Shown here in pieces: positions 62,536 to 64,000 of a stretch of 64,000 nt of DNA. Both the position numbers and the translations under genes were made by a program. The stretch lies in the sequence record PP400784. One strand, 5' to 3'. How positions within the stretch are numbered: position 1 is the stretch's first letter; the number at the start of each line of letters is the position of its first letter. This stretch comes from Escherichia phage FL38. The notes beneath the pieces are model-generated. The model had not been told where the DNA came from, searched no databases, and was given only the letters and a program-made list of their open reading frames with translations.

Positions 62536-62568
62536 AATAAAAAAGCCTCCAATCTTTCGACGGGAGGC

Positions 62569-62597
62569 ATAATAAAACCATTATAGAGTAGTGTCAA
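62569..62597 (-). promoter_or_regulatory. Early promoter cassette with leader hairpin
   Basis: TTGACA-17 bp-TATTAT followed by GCCTCC...GGAGGC hairpin and U-run before ATG. Confidence 0.55.
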
Positions 62598-62604
62598 CTA
62601 ATTT

Positions 62605-63129
62605 TTAGTAGCCGCGTTCTTGACGGGCGAAGTTTTCAGCATTTTTCAGATAGTACAGAATAAAGAGTTCTTGAGCGTCAATACCCAGCGGGATCATCTT
62701 TGACAGAATGAAGTGGATCGCGTCCACAAATTCAAATTTCACTTCAAGCTGATCTTCCGGTGACAGTTCAGAGAATTTACGCGCTCGCGCTTCTCCGTGG
62801 TTCTTTTTCCACATTTTCCAGATTGCACTTGCATCTTTACCATTGGACATTCCACCCAGCGATGTGTAAAGCTCTCGTGTTTCGTCTGCGATAGCGTCAT
62901 CCATCCGTTGCATCCAATCCAGCATTTCACCGCAAGTCTCTAGCTTAGTTGGATTTGGGACCCAATCAAATTTTTCGGATAATGCAACCTGCAAACCAGT
63001 TTGCATTTCGAGCATCACCTGAAACGGATCTTTACCTTCTGCAATAGCGTGATGATATGCGGCGATAGCCGCGTTAATATCTTTTTCGTTAACCAGACCA
63101 GCACAAGAATTAAATTCTGACATATTCAC
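62605..63129 (-). CDS. 56: dCTPase/dUTPase gp56 (MazG-like all-alpha NTP pyrophosphatase)
   Basis: 174 aa; DPFQVMLEMQ, SPEDQLEVKFEFVDAIHFIL, LYYLKNAENFARQERGY parallel T4 gp56. Confidence 0.8.
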   Translation of the reverse strand: MNMSEFNSCAGLVNEKDINAAIAAYHHAIAEGKDPFQVMLEMQTGLQVALSEKFDWVPNPTKLETCGEMLDWMQRMDDAIADETRELYTSLGGMSNGKDASAIWKMWKKNHGEARARKFSELSPEDQLEVKFEFVDAIHFILSKMIPLGIDAQELFILYYLKNAENFARQERGY

Positions 63130-63137
63130 CTCATTAA

Positions 63138-64000
63138 TTAAAATTTACAATATTTCATAAACCGCATTTTAGCCATCAGACCTTGTACGGTGTTCTCTTT
63201 GATGTATTCCATGATCTGGTCGCGTGTAGCGCCCTCGTCCTGAATCATGGCGTTAACGTCTTTAGAATGCCACGGGCAACGATCCCACAATACAATCTTT
63301 TCCCCTGCATTGATAAACTTTTCCAGTCGGTGCATTGTATCGGCAGACCGTGGTTCCGCATCAAGTACAAACACTCGCTGGTCTGGGAAAGGGATTTCAT
63401 CTAATCCCAAAGTACCGCCAGTAATTGCACACCCGTTATCAATAAACAATGAATCGATCGGACCTTCTAAGAAATACACTGGTTTACTCGGATCGGCGCG
63501 TTCAAGACCATAGACCTTACTCGCTAACTCGTGAGTTTTAATCGTCATATATTTGGTCTTTCCGTAATCCTTTCTCAATGCTCGCCCCTGAATGGATTCT
63601 ATCTTGTTCTCGCGGTTAAAGATAGGAATCACTAAACGCGGTTCAGGTTGTGGATTCTTGAAAGTATCAGCCTTAATGTGATTTGCTACCTTTTGCCATT
63701 CTCTCGTGAAATACAGAAGATCCCATTTATCGTGAGGAATACAGCGATCACTGACATACTTTATTATAGGATGATTAGCCGGAAGAGTATCTAATCTCTC
63801 GCAGAAAGGCAATGTTTGCACTTTCTTAATCTCCGGCTTTTCTACCTTTTTCAGTGGCTTGAACGTGGTGTTCTTGTGGTCGCCTTGTTCCTTCCGTCGT
63901 TCCATAAGCCATTCCCTGAATAGGTCCGGCTTATACTGTTTGAGAAATTCACCTAACGGCTGATTGTAGTTACAGTTGAAACAGCCGCAACGCAAACTAT
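63138..64000 (-). CDS. 61: DNA primase gp61, C-terminal about 285 aa; gene start lies beyond window end
   Basis: CFNCNYN zinc-site remnant, DHPIIKYV, EPRLVIPI, TOPRIM YFLEGPIDSLFIDNG and VLDAEPR parallel T4 gp61. Confidence 0.9.
   Translation of the reverse strand, partial: SLRCGCFNCNYNQPLGEFLKQYKPDLFREWLMERRKEQGDHKNTTFKPLKKVEKPEIKKVQTLPFCERLDTLPANHPIIKYVSDRCIPHDKWDLLYFTREWQKVANHIKADTFKNPQPEPRLVIPIFNRENKIESIQGRALRKDYGKTKYMTIKTHELASKVYGLERADPSKPVYFLEGPIDSLFIDNGCAITGGTLGLDEIPFPDQRVFVLDAEPRSADTMHRLEKFINAGEKIVLWDRCPWHSKDVNAMIQDEGATRDQIMEYIKENTVQGLMAKMRFMKYCKF

Noticed and set aside
1-64000. tRNA or other structured RNA genes
   Set aside because: No cloverleaf-like candidates were recognised by eye in intergenic regions; a tRNAscan-type search would be needed to exclude them, so none are reported.

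Overview
This window is a T4-like (T-even-type) myovirus genome segment. Gene order follows T4: gp54 (partial) - alt - 30 (DNA ligase) - 31 - cd - pseT - rnlA - denA - nrdB - nrdA - td - frd - 32 - 59 - 33 - dsbA - rnh - 34 - 35 - 36 - 37 - t - 52 - rIIB - rIIA - 39 - dexA - dda - 56 - 61 (partial). Early and replication genes are on the minus strand; the long-tail-fibre genes 34-37 and holin t are on the plus strand behind TATAAATA late promoters. Between the conserved genes lie hyperplastic blocks of small ORFs (4.1-12.4 kb, 20.2-21.0 kb, 44.2-49.3 kb, 55.0-56.1 kb, 58.9-59.5 kb). About 27 of these are preceded by a repeated ~60-bp cassette: sigma70-type promoter (TTGACA, 16-18 bp spacer, TATAAT-like) with a GC-rich inverted repeat in or next to the spacer and a conserved CGAAACGA leader, resembling the promoter-early-stem-loop (PeSL) elements of RB49/phi1-type phages. 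The lack of motA/asiA between t and 52 and the single fused topoisomerase large-subunit gene point the same way. The most interesting candidates are: a translationally coupled five-gene cassette with a C5-methyltransferase-like protein and a DUF262/ParB-like protein; a six-member paralogous family with an H-x-H-W motif; a NADAR-like gene next to DNA ligase; a CYTH-domain gene inserted between dsbA and rnh; a thymidylate synthase with a ~125-aa in-frame insertion; and tandem small paralogs plus a frameshifted ORF between nrdA and nrdB. All calls come from reading the six-frame translations and the sequence by eye; no database search was run. Coordinates of promoters, terminators and ORFs shorter than 60 aa are approximate (a few nt). 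Several ORF-track starts are alternative-start (GTG/TTG) extensions through promoter or leader sequence and have been trimmed to the first ATG with a Shine-Dalgarno.
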